Sequence record: OQ427096.1
Length of the DNA stretch: 64,000 nucleotides
Direction: 5' to 3' (one strand)
The notes beneath the pieces were generated by a model. The model made no database searches, had not been told where the DNA came from, and saw only the letters and a list, made by a program, of their open reading frames with translations. Numbering within the stretch: the first letter of the stretch is position 1; every line of letters begins with the position of its first letter. The position numbers and the translations under genes were made by a program. Positions 8,909 through 17,820 of this stretch are shown in pieces.

Positions 8909-10273
8909 TTACTTGCTGGTCAACCTGTCCAGGACCTGCTTGCCTACGTCCGACTGTGCCAGACCTTCGAGCATGCCGGCGATCTTCGTACCGCCCTTCG
9001 GACCGAACATGTCCAGGACGTTGGTCACGCCTTCGTTCGGGTTGCCTGCATTGCTGATTACCTTGATCTCAGCACCCTGCAGAGCCTTCGCACCCTCGAC
9101 GCCGATCTTCTCGCTGGCCTCGACCTGACGGAGATCAATCAGGTACTTCTGGTAACCCTGGTTCTCACCGATTTCCTTAGCCAGGGTGATCTGTGCCTGC
9201 ACCGGCGCCAGCTGCATCGCCTTCTCAGCTTCTGCCTTTGCCGTACCCTCAGCCTGGATACCTTCCGCGTTCAGCTTCTGAGCAGCCAGGTTACCTTCTG
9301 CGACCAGTGTCGTGCGCTGCTTCTGTGCTTCTGCGTTGATCACTTCCTGCTGGCGCTCACCTTCTGCCTGCACGATCGCGACGTCCTTGACCTCGTTCGC
9401 CTTGACCACAGCCACCTTACGCTGAATCTCCGAAGAACGAGTTGCCTCGACTTCCTTGACTTCCATCTGACGAACAGTCGTTTCACGCTGAGCCGTCAGC
9501 ACTTCCTGCTGCGAACTTTCCTTCGCGATACCGACCGCCTTTTCCTTCTCAGCCGTTCGCTGACCGATAGCCTGTTGGGCTTCCTGATCACGCAGCTGAA
9601 CCGTCTGGGCTGCTGCAATTTCCGCAGTCTTTGCCTGCTGGGTGTTCTCAGCAACTGCGACACGGCTGTCACGTTCAATTGCCGAAGTGCGCTTGGCCAT
9701 GATGTTGGCGATCACACTCGAACCCTTGGCATCTCGGATGTCCATCAGCTCGATGTTCTTCACCGGCTCGACACCCCAGTTTTTCAGCTGCTCGCCGACT
9801 TCCTTAGTGAACTGGTCACCGAAGGTAGCGCGGTCCACCATGATCGTGTCGATTTCATGCGAGGCCAGAATGGTTCGCACCGCACCCTGTACAACCGAAG
9901 TCAGCTGTTCCTTCAGTTCATCGAAGCTCGACACTCGCTGCGCCGCAACGTTCGAGTCTGCGATTCGGAAGAAGCTCGTCACGTCAACAACGAACGGAAC
10001 ACGTTCCTTATCGTACGCCTCGTATGCGCTCAGGCTCAGGTCGAAGACCGACACAGGCAGGATGATGCGCGTCAGACCCAGCAGAGGAATCCAGGAAGGC
10101 CAGTTGTAGTAAGTGTTGCCACCATCCTGGTCCTTACCGTACGAGGTCTGCGACTTCGAACGCTGGAGCGTGTGTACTTCATTCGCCGGAACGACGACAC
10201 GCAGGTTCAGCACCCAGAAGATAGCTGCAACTGCCACGAGTGCCGCAATGCCTGCACCAATGAGAATAAACAT
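8909..10273 (-). CDS. SPFH/Band-7 flotillin-like membrane protein
   Basis: N-terminal TM helix, RVVVP.NEVH, SPFH core (VQGAVRTILASHEID) and long Ala/Glu/Gln coiled coil with AEAEA-type flotillin repeats. Confidence 0.85.
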   Translation of the reverse strand: MFILIGAGIAALVAVAAIFWVLNLRVVVPANEVHTLQRSKSQTSYGKDQDGGNTYYNWPSWIPLLGLTRIILPVSVFDLSLSAYEAYDKERVPFVVDVTSFFRIADSNVAAQRVSSFDELKEQLTSVVQGAVRTILASHEIDTIMVDRATFGDQFTKEVGEQLKNWGVEPVKNIELMDIRDAKGSSVIANIMAKRTSAIERDSRVAVAENTQQAKTAEIAAAQTVQLRDQEAQQAIGQRTAEKEKAVGIAKESSQQEVLTAQRETTVRQMEVKEVEATRSSEIQRKVAVVKANEVKDVAIVQAEGERQQEVINAEAQKQRTTLVAEGNLAAQKLNAEGIQAEGTAKAEAEKAMQLAPVQAQITLAKEIGENQGYQKYLIDLRQVEASEKIGVEGAKALQGAEIKVISNAGNPNEGVTNVLDMFGPKGGTKIAGMLEGLAQSDVGKQVLDRLTSK

Positions 10274-10842
10274 CAGATCAGATTTCCTTCTTTATCAATG
10301 AATTGGTTGGTTACGTTTTCAATAACGCCAGGTACGTAAAAGACCTGTACATCGTCGCACACTCGGAAGAAGTTCTTGAAGTCCCAATACCCTTCGTCCG
10401 GGCTAGCGAGCAATTCCTGCATAAGAGAGCTGAAGAAGTCTACAAACTGTTCTGCCGCTTCCAGGTTCGCGTACTTCTCATCTTCCTTACGTGGATCATT
10501 ATAACGGAGCGCCAACTGTTCGTCATACAGTTCGATCTGCTCTACTGTCGGCAGCGCGTCTTCGGTGCCCCAACGTTTCGCAGCGACCTCCGGATACTTG
10601 CCAGCAGCATACAGCCACAGGTTGAACAGTTCAACCGTTTCGTTTTCGTCGTTGCCGGTTACCTTGTACGGCAGGTCGGTTTCGCGCTTCTTGTAGCGAG
10701 ACTCGAAAGCCTTCGCGAGCAGCACGTAGAACTGTGCTTCATCTTTCGTCAGACCAGAAAGAATTTCCGTCTTGTAGTTGTCGGCGTCGTTTTCCCACGA
10801 CAGTACGTGTACCTGATAGCCGGGCTTGATGTTCTTGCTCAT
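10273..10842 (-). CDS. Hypothetical phage protein
   Basis: 189 aa; SWENDADNY and FRV...V.VFY motifs; TGATG-coupled to the flotillin gene. Confidence 0.7.
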   Translation of the reverse strand: MSKNIKPGYQVHVLSWENDADNYKTEILSGLTKDEAQFYVLLAKAFESRYKKRETDLPYKVTGNDENETVELFNLWLYAAGKYPEVAAKRWGTEDALPTVEQIELYDEQLALRYNDPRKEDEKYANLEAAEQFVDFFSSLMQELLASPDEGYWDFKNFFRVCDDVQVFYVPGVIENVTNQFIDKEGNLI

Positions 10843-11123
10843 TTCAGTCCTTGATAGTAGGTCTTGAGTTCTTCGAGGAACTGCTGTTTCCTCAACAGAG
10901 CCTCAGCGGTGTTGGCGATCATGCTTCCGACGAATTCCTTCGGAGGAATCACGTCGAGTTCGATATCGTAGCTGTACTCACAGTGAATCGCCCAGGTCTC
11001 CCTGCTGTGGAGAATTTCGTACCAGGCGTCTTCTTTGTCTCCATTGAAGTCACCTTCGAAATACTTCCACTGACCCCAGCCGTGTCCGCCTCTACCACTG
11101 ATCCAGTATCGGTTGAACTTCAT
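10839..11123 (-). CDS. Hypothetical protein
   Basis: 94 aa, overlapping start/stop with both neighbours. Confidence 0.65.
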   Translation of the reverse strand: MKFNRYWISGRGGHGWGQWKYFEGDFNGDKEDAWYEILHSRETWAIHCEYSYDIELDVIPPKEFVGSMIANTAEALLRKQQFLEELKTYYQGLK

Positions 11124-11536
11124 GGCGCAGCCTTCTCGTAGAAGCGAAGAGTGTTGTACTCATCGTCGCTGATACGAACGACCTTCGATGCCTTGGCTTC
11201 CTCTTCGGCGAGGTTCATGATGCGACGAAGCTCAGCACGATCATCATCGTACCGCGAGAGGTGCATACGCCAAGTACCGAAACCCCAACCATCAGGGTCA
11301 GTCCATGTCTTTCGCTCTTCGATCCACTCATCAAACGGCAGGATCGTTTCGACTTCCCAGACACCCAGCTTGGTCAGCCAACGATTGTTGCGTCGCTTGT
11401 TCTCATCGACGTGCCACTGATAACGGTCACCTTTGTAGGTGTCAACCCATGCTTCATGAGCACGAGCATTGACACCTTCACGAGCCCGCTTTGCGATATC
11501 GAAGATGAAGTCAGCATCGAATTCACGAGTAGCCAT
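11120..11536 (-). CDS. Hypothetical protein (Trp-rich)
   Basis: 138 aa, coupled to neighbours. Confidence 0.65.
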   Translation of the reverse strand: MATREFDADFIFDIAKRAREGVNARAHEAWVDTYKGDRYQWHVDENKRRNNRWLTKLGVWEVETILPFDEWIEERKTWTDPDGWGFGTWRMHLSRYDDDRAELRRIMNLAEEEAKASKVVRISDDEYNTLRFYEKAAP

Positions 11537-11946
11537 CAGTAGCCTCGCTCGTTGTATCGCTGAGTACGCTCTTCCTTGGTCAGAACACGGACAAAGTCCA
11601 CACGCTCAGAGTAGTACCCGTTGGAGGAACCACGCCAGGTGATGTGAACGAATTCGCGCTCGGTGCGGATGCGGTAGAATGTCCAGGTGACAGAATCGTA
11701 CTGACGAGTTTCATCACTGTTGGATTCCACAGTCGCAGAACGGATCGGAGAACCAACCAGAGCGTGAACGTCGCCATCAATGGCGTCGATGTAGACATTC
11801 TCGCAGCAGTTCTGCTGATGGAACATCACGAAGTGCTTTCCACAGGTGGTGTGGAAGTCGATCTGGTCGTTGGTCTTCTCTACGCGCTCGAGAGTCAGAC
11901 CGATCAGGTCGTCGAGCGGAACATGCTCAAATGAATCGTATCGCAT
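11536..11946 (-). CDS. Conserved phage hypothetical protein (HxQxCCE / WTFY / SNGYYSE)
   Basis: Motifs FHQQNCCENV, TWTFYRIRT and WRGSSNGYYSE, which I recall from an uncharacterised phage protein family. Confidence 0.7.
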   Translation of the reverse strand: MRYDSFEHVPLDDLIGLTLERVEKTNDQIDFHTTCGKHFVMFHQQNCCENVYIDAIDGDVHALVGSPIRSATVESNSDETRQYDSVTWTFYRIRTEREFVHITWRGSSNGYYSERVDFVRVLTKEERTQRYNERGY

Positions 11947-11955
11947 TGTATTTCC

Positions 11956-12348
11956 TTACCAGTCGTAGTTGAGGCCCTTGGTAGGGTTCTTAAGAATGCT
12001 CTCACGCCATTCGTGGAAGCTCTCTTCGGTGTACTCTTCCTTGCATCCGAAAATGGACTCATAGAGATCGATCCACTCGACAGCTTGATAACGCTCGTAG
12101 CCGAGGTCATGCAAGCGCTCTTCGCGGGCACCATCTTCGATCTTTACGAGCATGTGCAGTTCGCCACAGCCGTAGTCTTCGAATTCGAAGATGATGTCTT
12201 CCTTGCAGAGGCGCTTGTAGGCAGCCCAACGGTCTTTGAAAGGAATAGCCTTGTTGCTAAGTTCTTTGATGACAGACTTTGCAGCGTCATCAGCAACTTG
12301 CCGAAGAGAAATCACGGCGTCAATTGCTTCTTTGTTAAGAGCGGTCAT
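11956..12348 (-). CDS. Hypothetical protein
   Basis: Probable start MTALNK at 12348. Confidence 0.6.
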   Translation of the reverse strand: MTALNKEAIDAVISLRQVADDAAKSVIKELSNKAIPFKDRWAAYKRLCKEDIIFEFEDYGCGELHMLVKIEDGAREERLHDLGYERYQAVEWIDLYESIFGCKEEYTEESFHEWRESILKNPTKGLNYDW

Positions 12349-12586
12349 TACGTGTCCTGAAGGCTTTGGCAGCTTGCTCGAGAGCAGCCGTGCGGAAGAG
12401 GGTCTGTGCGATGTTGAGTGACTCAATGCCAGGAATCAGGTTGAGCATGGACGCACATTCGCGAACCACGCCCTTCGATTTCAGGATGCCGGTTTCAGAC
12501 ATCCTGGTCAGCTCATGAGCACCCTCAGCCAGATTTGCTTCGGCAAATTTCTTTGCCGATTCCATGATCCGGATAATCTCGCTCAC
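12335..12586 (-). CDS. Hypothetical protein
   Basis: GTG start overlaps the pilin-like stop (GTGA). Confidence 0.6.
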   Translation of the reverse strand: MSEIIRIMESAKKFAEANLAEGAHELTRMSETGILKSKGVVRECASMLNLIPGIESLNIAQTLFRTAALEQAAKAFRTRNDRS

Positions 12587-12831
12587 TGGCAGACGATCGT
12601 GTTGCCGTTGGAGTCCTTCATAAGCACCGCGCCTTCGGGAGACACGACGTACTTCTGACCGTCGATACAGCGAGCCTCATACGAGACCTCAGCTGCCGGA
12701 CGAGAGATGTTCGACCCACCACTAGCCCAGGTCTTGAATGCCGGAATGGCAATCGCAGCCAGGATGGCAATGATCGCAACAACGATCATCAGTTCAATCA
12801 GCGTGAAGCCTTTTGCGTTCGAATTCTTCAT
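12583..12831 (-). CDS. Type IV pilin-like protein (class III signal peptide, truncated globular head)
   Basis: MKNSNAKG|FTLIELMIVVAIIAILAAIAIPAF is a canonical prepilin cleavage/methylation motif with Glu at +5, followed by only ~50 aa with two Cys. Confidence 0.85.
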   Translation of the reverse strand: MKNSNAKGFTLIELMIVVAIIAILAAIAIPAFKTWASGGSNISRPAAEVSYEARCIDGQKYVVSPEGAVLMKDSNGNTIVCQ

Positions 12832-13015
12832 AGCGTTCAATGTAAGCCTCATAATGTTGACCGTGTTGGGTCTTGAATTTGGAATCGAGATGGTCTGCTT
12901 GCTTGAAGTGACGATTGGCTTTCGCCTCGTCGTCACGATCGTTCCACGCGTTCATCAAGCTGGCGAACACAGCACTTCTCACTGCCTGCGCCAACTGATA
13001 TGTTGCGAAGTTCAT
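12794..13015 (-). CDS. Hypothetical protein
   Basis: ATGA overlap with the upstream stop; its 3' end overlaps the pilin-like start by 38 nt. Confidence 0.5.
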   Translation of the reverse strand: MNFATYQLAQAVRSAVFASLMNAWNDRDDEAKANRHFKQADHLDSKFKTQHGQHYEAYIERYEEFERKRLHAD

Positions 13016-13233
13016 TTTGCTACCTGGATGCAGTACGCCTTACTTTGGATTGTATAGTAATAGCCCGCTTCTAACTTTCGTACTTCCTGTGAAAGATAGT
13101 TCGCCTGTTGGAGACAAAGTTCTTTCGTCTCCACCGGAATGGTGGTCTGCGAAACCGAAGGTACACAGCCTGTACCTCCGCACGTTGGTTTGCTGATCAT
13201 CACCAGAACGAGCGCCCACTTTGCCAGGATCAT
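13012..13233 (-). CDS. Small exported Cys-rich protein
   Basis: Hydrophobic N-terminus (MILAKWALVLVMIS) and four Cys in 73 aa. Confidence 0.55.
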   Translation of the reverse strand: MILAKWALVLVMISKPTCGGTGCVPSVSQTTIPVETKELCLQQANYLSQEVRKLEAGYYYTIQSKAYCIQVAK

Positions 13234-13565
13234 TCGCCGTACTCCAGGCGAATCTGACGCGCCAGCTTGGTCAGGAATTCGTGCTCACCGCCGTAGTCCT
13301 GGAAAGAAAGACGACGGTCTTCACCGTTGTGAATGCGGAACGAACTGCCGTGACCCTTGGTCTGGACTTCGGCACCGGTCAGTGTGAACGGAATGTAGTA
13401 GCGGTCGTACGCCTTGTCGTACTCTACCTTGGGCAGCGGTGGAAAGATCTCGTCGAGAATAGCTTTCGCTTCTTCAGAAAAATCGCACTGGTCTTTGCCT
13501 TGGGCTTCGAGCAGAGCGTCGGCGAGGTACTCAATCTTTTCTTGGCGTGTTCTGTTCATGTTCAC
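13230..13565 (-). CDS. Hypothetical protein, first gene of the - strand island
   Basis: 111 aa; ATGA-coupled to the next gene. Confidence 0.65.
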   Translation of the reverse strand: MNMNRTRQEKIEYLADALLEAQGKDQCDFSEEAKAILDEIFPPLPKVEYDKAYDRYYIPFTLTGAEVQTKGHGSSFRIHNGEDRRLSFQDYGGEHEFLTKLARQIRLEYGE

Positions 13566-13566
13566 A

Positions 13567-13606
13567 ATGCTACAGTTCGCCTACGAAAGAACAACCGTGG
13601 TAAATA
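13567..13606. promoter_or_regulatory. Back-to-back promoters: sigma70-like (minus) and late TAAATA (plus)
   Basis: Minus strand TTGTTC-N16-TAGCAT at 13567-13594; plus strand TAAATA at 13601-13606. Confidence 0.5.
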
Positions 13607-13631
13607 TTCGTGTACCTCCAAGGACTTTGTA

Positions 13632-15470
13632 ATGGCAGGCTTTAAACAGACAATTATTTCGCACGCACCGAAGATGTTTCTTACATTCGACGGTGATGCC
13701 TACGATCCGAACAGCCGAATGCTAACGGCTAGCCCTCAGGTCTTCATCGACGAGTCGGGTTTCAACTCCAACATCATGCTGCACAATGAGTCAGAAGTCT
13801 ACCCAGCCTATCGCATGGGTATCCCTTCTCTGATTGACATTGAGCAGACAGATCAACGTAGCACATCATTCGGTTGGTATGGCTATCAGCCGCTTGCGCC
13901 TACCCGTTGGCCAAAGTCTTTCGTAGAAGTGCAGCACCAGTCTCATCTTGCTCTAACCGCAGAGCGAGGTTCCTACACTGTTGGCTTCTTTGTCAACAAG
14001 GCAGAGAAGGAAGACAAGTGGCGCGACCAAGAACGCATCCTAGGGTTCAACCACTACACACAGACACTCAACAAGCGCTTCATCCGCAAGGCTGGGTCGT
14101 TTGACGTCTACTTCCGTGACTATTGGTCAGCCGCCGAAGAGATTCGTTTCGGTTACCCAGGCGGCGGTGAGATTGTCTGGGTTGTGCCTGATTGGTTCTA
14201 CGGGAAGAAGAACTTCGTTGTCTGTACTTGGAAGATCACGGAAATCAATCCTGACGTCTATCTCAACGAGGCCTATCTTTACGTCAACGGCCATCTGTAT
14301 GGCAGCTATTCGACAACTACGGCTGGCACTTTCCCGAACAGCACAACAACCACTCCAATCGAGATCGCTGGCGTAATCAACTCTTCATCATACTTTGAAG
14401 ACCGTCAGACGAGCGACCTGCAACTCGATCAGATGTTCATCCTCAACAAAGCGTTGACCCAGGACGAAATCTGTCGCTTGTATAGAAAGTCTAAGTCTTA
14501 CGACAACATCGCAGTGCAGGCTCAGGCATCAGCATACTGGCCAATGACAGATGTGGAAGACCCAGCAGTATTCACGATTAAGGATTTGGTAGGCTACAAT
14601 GACGGTGTGTATCTTGGTGGTGTGACACGCGTAGCACGACAGCAGACTGCTCCGAGTCCTATCCTAGGTGGCTCATCTGTCTACTTCCACAATGGTGGTA
14701 TGGGTGCAGCGCACAGACTGACGAACATTACAACCTATACTCCAGTGTTCAACTTCAACGGCGATTGGACGATTGATCTTTGGATGCAGTTCTCAAACAC
14801 AGATCGTTCGGTACTCTTCTCCTGTCAGAAGGACGACTATCCGCATGGTGGTGTGCTGATTGAAGTTAATCGCCGTAACAACACCAACGTGCCAGGTCAT
14901 ATCCAGCTGTCAGTAAGTCAGGAGTTCTACGTTTCTTCTCTTCTCAATCGAGACAATGGTCAGCCTTTCAACTTCAATGATGGTAGGTTCCACCACGTCG
15001 CAGCAGTCCGAAAGGGGAGCACTGTTACTCTCTGGATTGACGGCATCAAGCACGGTTCGGTGAGTGCACCTGTTCAGAGTCTTTCCAACCCAGGTCCGGG
15101 GCAGGTGTACTTCATGGGCGCCGCCCCAGGCAGTCTAAATACCACTGGCTACATGTCTGCGGTTGGTGTCTATCCTTACGCTCTGGATGATGCTGAGATT
15201 AGACTGCGTAATCTGTACTCGTTGATCTATCGTATCCAAGGCAATGTCACACTGCAAGGTAACCCGTATCGTGCTACTGTGCGTGCTTTCAGTCATAGGA
15301 CAGGCGTGTTGATTCGTGAGATCGAGTCCTCGACATCTTCAGGTGACTACTCGATGACATTGTATGACAACTCTTTGATTGACCTGATGGTCATGAACAA
15401 GCAAGACCCTAATATTCGCTATCGAGTCTATGGACCGATTGCACCAGCTCTTTATGAGGATGTTCCATAA
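13632..15470 (+). CDS. LamG/concanavalin-A-like domain virion protein with C-terminal beta-sandwich module
   Basis: True start probably MAGFKQ at 13632 (AAGGA RBS, TAAATA upstream). AYWPM.D, DWTIDLW, FHHVAAVRKG..VTLWIDG LamG signatures. Confidence 0.7.
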   Translation: MAGFKQTIISHAPKMFLTFDGDAYDPNSRMLTASPQVFIDESGFNSNIMLHNESEVYPAYRMGIPSLIDIEQTDQRSTSFGWYGYQPLAPTRWPKSFVEVQHQSHLALTAERGSYTVGFFVNKAEKEDKWRDQERILGFNHYTQTLNKRFIRKAGSFDVYFRDYWSAAEEIRFGYPGGGEIVWVVPDWFYGKKNFVVCTWKITEINPDVYLNEAYLYVNGHLYGSYSTTTAGTFPNSTTTTPIEIAGVINSSSYFEDRQTSDLQLDQMFILNKALTQDEICRLYRKSKSYDNIAVQAQASAYWPMTDVEDPAVFTIKDLVGYNDGVYLGGVTRVARQQTAPSPILGGSSVYFHNGGMGAAHRLTNITTYTPVFNFNGDWTIDLWMQFSNTDRSVLFSCQKDDYPHGGVLIEVNRRNNTNVPGHIQLSVSQEFYVSSLLNRDNGQPFNFNDGRFHHVAAVRKGSTVTLWIDGIKHGSVSAPVQSLSNPGPGQVYFMGAAPGSLNTTGYMSAVGVYPYALDDAEIRLRNLYSLIYRIQGNVTLQGNPYRATVRAFSHRTGVLIREIESSTSSGDYSMTLYDNSLIDLMVMNKQDPNIRYRVYGPIAPALYEDVP

Positions 15471-16399
15471 TGGCAGTTACCCAGTATCTCTACACCGACA
15501 CCGACGCTCCAGTTCTCTACGGGCAGCCTGGGGCTTTCATCACAGTGCTGAAAGCTGTTCTTGTGAACGGTTATGGCACCAAGCCTGGTATGGGTTGGAC
15601 GCTAGAGTACGAGTCAGGAACGATCGCAGTATTCCGTAACTCGACCGCTGCGGGCTCGACAGGCATGTACCTGCGAGTAGATGACTCTAACTGGCAGTAT
15701 GCGATTGTCAAGGCCTACAAGACAATGTCGGACATTTCGACTGGAACTGATGCTATTCCTGGCGTCCTGCCTTCTTACAGCAATTCAAATATCTTCTGGC
15801 CTAAGTCAGCAAACAATAACAACAACGCTATCATGTGGAACTTCATCGGCGACGAGAGAACGTTCTACCTGAATATTTGTCCTTGGTCAAGCCAGAACGC
15901 TAATCAGTTTGCGAACTATGCGTATATCTACGCTGCGGGCGATTACGACTCCTACGTTCCTAGCTTTGCTCACAACTATTTTGTGGCAGGAAATTACGAC
16001 GGTGGCTATTCATCGAATGGTCCTTGTATGATCGACGATCAGAGTTCCTACGTATGCTGTGCTATTGGACGTGCGCAGGACAATGTCGCTGACAAATACT
16101 CCAAGGCATGGGTAAGCTACATGGCAGGTGGTGTACCTTCCGGATCATACAATCATCAAGCGTTCTCAGTCTACACAGGACAGAGAATCTTCTATCCTGC
16201 ATATGTGATGGAAAATGCTGTCCAGACCAATATCACAGGTAAGTGGCGTGGTTTGTACGGAATGGTAGGTCGCTCAAACTTCACATGGAATGAGAACTAC
16301 GGCAAGCTCCCAAACAACCCAACCGGTCCTGATTTGATTCAGTTCACAGTTTCCAATAACAGCAGTCAGGGCGTCTACATCTTGAACGGAGGCTGGTAA
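15470..16399 (+). CDS. Virion/tail structural protein
   Basis: DAPVL.G..G....VLKAVLVNGYG.K...GWT and W..IGDERTFYL motifs, recalled from phage tail appendage proteins. Confidence 0.6.
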   Translation: MAVTQYLYTDTDAPVLYGQPGAFITVLKAVLVNGYGTKPGMGWTLEYESGTIAVFRNSTAAGSTGMYLRVDDSNWQYAIVKAYKTMSDISTGTDAIPGVLPSYSNSNIFWPKSANNNNNAIMWNFIGDERTFYLNICPWSSQNANQFANYAYIYAAGDYDSYVPSFAHNYFVAGNYDGGYSSNGPCMIDDQSSYVCCAIGRAQDNVADKYSKAWVSYMAGGVPSGSYNHQAFSVYTGQRIFYPAYVMENAVQTNITGKWRGLYGMVGRSNFTWNENYGKLPNNPTGPDLIQFTVSNNSSQGVYILNGGW

Positions 16400-17385
16400 T
16401 GACAATTTTGATTGAGCCTGCAGTATTCAAGAAGGAAGGAACATACACTTGGAGCGATAGGCGCAATCACTACCTTGTCATGGATGGCGAGTTCAAAAAG
16501 AGACCAAATGATATCGGCGGTCTCGGATACATCGCGGGTATGCTACCTGGAATCGTGACAGTAGACGGCGCGCCCGCATCTAGAACAATTGAACTTCGAT
16601 TCCGGGATGGTCGTAAGGAAATCTTTGCAAGTACGGTTTCTAATCCTGTAAACGGAACCTACCTCATTGACGACCTCAACCCAAAGCTCATTGTTGATCT
16701 CATTGCAAGAGAAAAGGAAGACGGCGTCTATAACGATATCATCGTTTCCAAGATTCGCCCATGGACAGACTATCAAATGTACATCCATGGACCTGATTTC
16801 CCTAACGTTCGAATCAAGCCAATTTTCAAGCGTGTGTTTGAGCTCACCGGCGGAGTGATGCCTTATCAACTCAGCTCAGATATCACTATTCCTGAAGGAA
16901 CAGAAGTAACGCTTGATGGAAGGTTCTTGACGGTCAATGTTACTGCACCTATGGAAACAGATCTGTATATCAAGGTTCAGGACACTTCTGGGCTTTCGGT
17001 TGAAAAGAGCATCACTGTCAGTTCCTCTAATTCGATTGTATCTAAGTTCACAGGAAATTGGATCCTCGAAAACGACCCTGTAACGGACGAACCAAGACTG
17101 AGGTCAAATCAGATTCCTCATTCTGGTTCTACCTCTTCGACTTGGGCAGCCGACAAGAATTACACACAGATGTCGTTCCGTATGTTCTCATCTTCCGAAG
17201 CAGGATACGATATTTTCTACCTATATGTCAACGATTCGGAACGTGCTCGTGTTAGCGGACCAGCTGCATCCTTCAACTACAGCACTCCTATCAATGCTGG
17301 TGATGTGATTAGAGTCACTTATGCAAAGGATGGTAGTGCAATCGGTGGCACCGATGAAGCATGGGTGTATATCGACGGCGTCTAA
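16399..17385 (+). CDS. Virion/tail structural protein (beta-sandwich, Ig-like and CUB-like segments)
   Basis: N-terminal G.VTVDGAPASR.I module; C-terminal SSEAGYD.FYLYVND...Y.KDGS...GTDEAWV. Confidence 0.6.
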   Translation: MTILIEPAVFKKEGTYTWSDRRNHYLVMDGEFKKRPNDIGGLGYIAGMLPGIVTVDGAPASRTIELRFRDGRKEIFASTVSNPVNGTYLIDDLNPKLIVDLIAREKEDGVYNDIIVSKIRPWTDYQMYIHGPDFPNVRIKPIFKRVFELTGGVMPYQLSSDITIPEGTEVTLDGRFLTVNVTAPMETDLYIKVQDTSGLSVEKSITVSSSNSIVSKFTGNWILENDPVTDEPRLRSNQIPHSGSTSSTWAADKNYTQMSFRMFSSSEAGYDIFYLYVNDSERARVSGPAASFNYSTPINAGDVIRVTYAKDGSAIGGTDEAWVYIDGV

Positions 17386-17412
17386 ATAAGACGAACTCAA
17401 GAGAAACAACAA

Positions 17413-17820
17413 ATGGCAAACTCACTATACGCTAAAGCACGTCAACGATTCCTCGAAGGCGCAATCAATTGGAACACAGACACGATTCGTGCTCTTCTCG
17501 TTGACTCAGGTAACTACACTGTCAACCTGGCTACGCACGAGTTTGTCACCTCGATTCCTTCAGGTGCACGAGTTGCAGGGCCAATCACCCTGACAGCTAA
17601 GACTACAACTGATGGTGCAGCCGACGCGGCTGACGCTGTCTTCCCTACGGTCTCTGGTGCAAGTATCGAGGCAGTCGTTCTCTACAAAGACACAGGCACC
17701 GAAGCGACTTCGCCTTTGATCGCTTACATTGACATTGCTTCAGGCCTCCCGGTAACTCCAAATAGCGGTGACATCAACGTCGTTTGGGACAATGGTACAA
17801 ACAAGATCTTCCGCCTATGA
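17413..17820 (+). CDS. Small virion/tail structural protein
   Basis: MANSLYAKARQRFLEGAINWNTDTIRALLVD...GDINVVWDNG.NKIFRL pattern recalled from phage tail modules. TAAATA at 17383. Confidence 0.6.
   Translation: MANSLYAKARQRFLEGAINWNTDTIRALLVDSGNYTVNLATHEFVTSIPSGARVAGPITLTAKTTTDGAADAADAVFPTVSGASIEAVVLYKDTGTEATSPLIAYIDIASGLPVTPNSGDINVVWDNGTNKIFRL

Noticed and set aside
13221-13631. 137-aa N-terminal extension of the LamG protein in the ORF track
   Set aside because: It overlaps coupled minus-strand genes. The late promoter and RBS point to ATG 13632.
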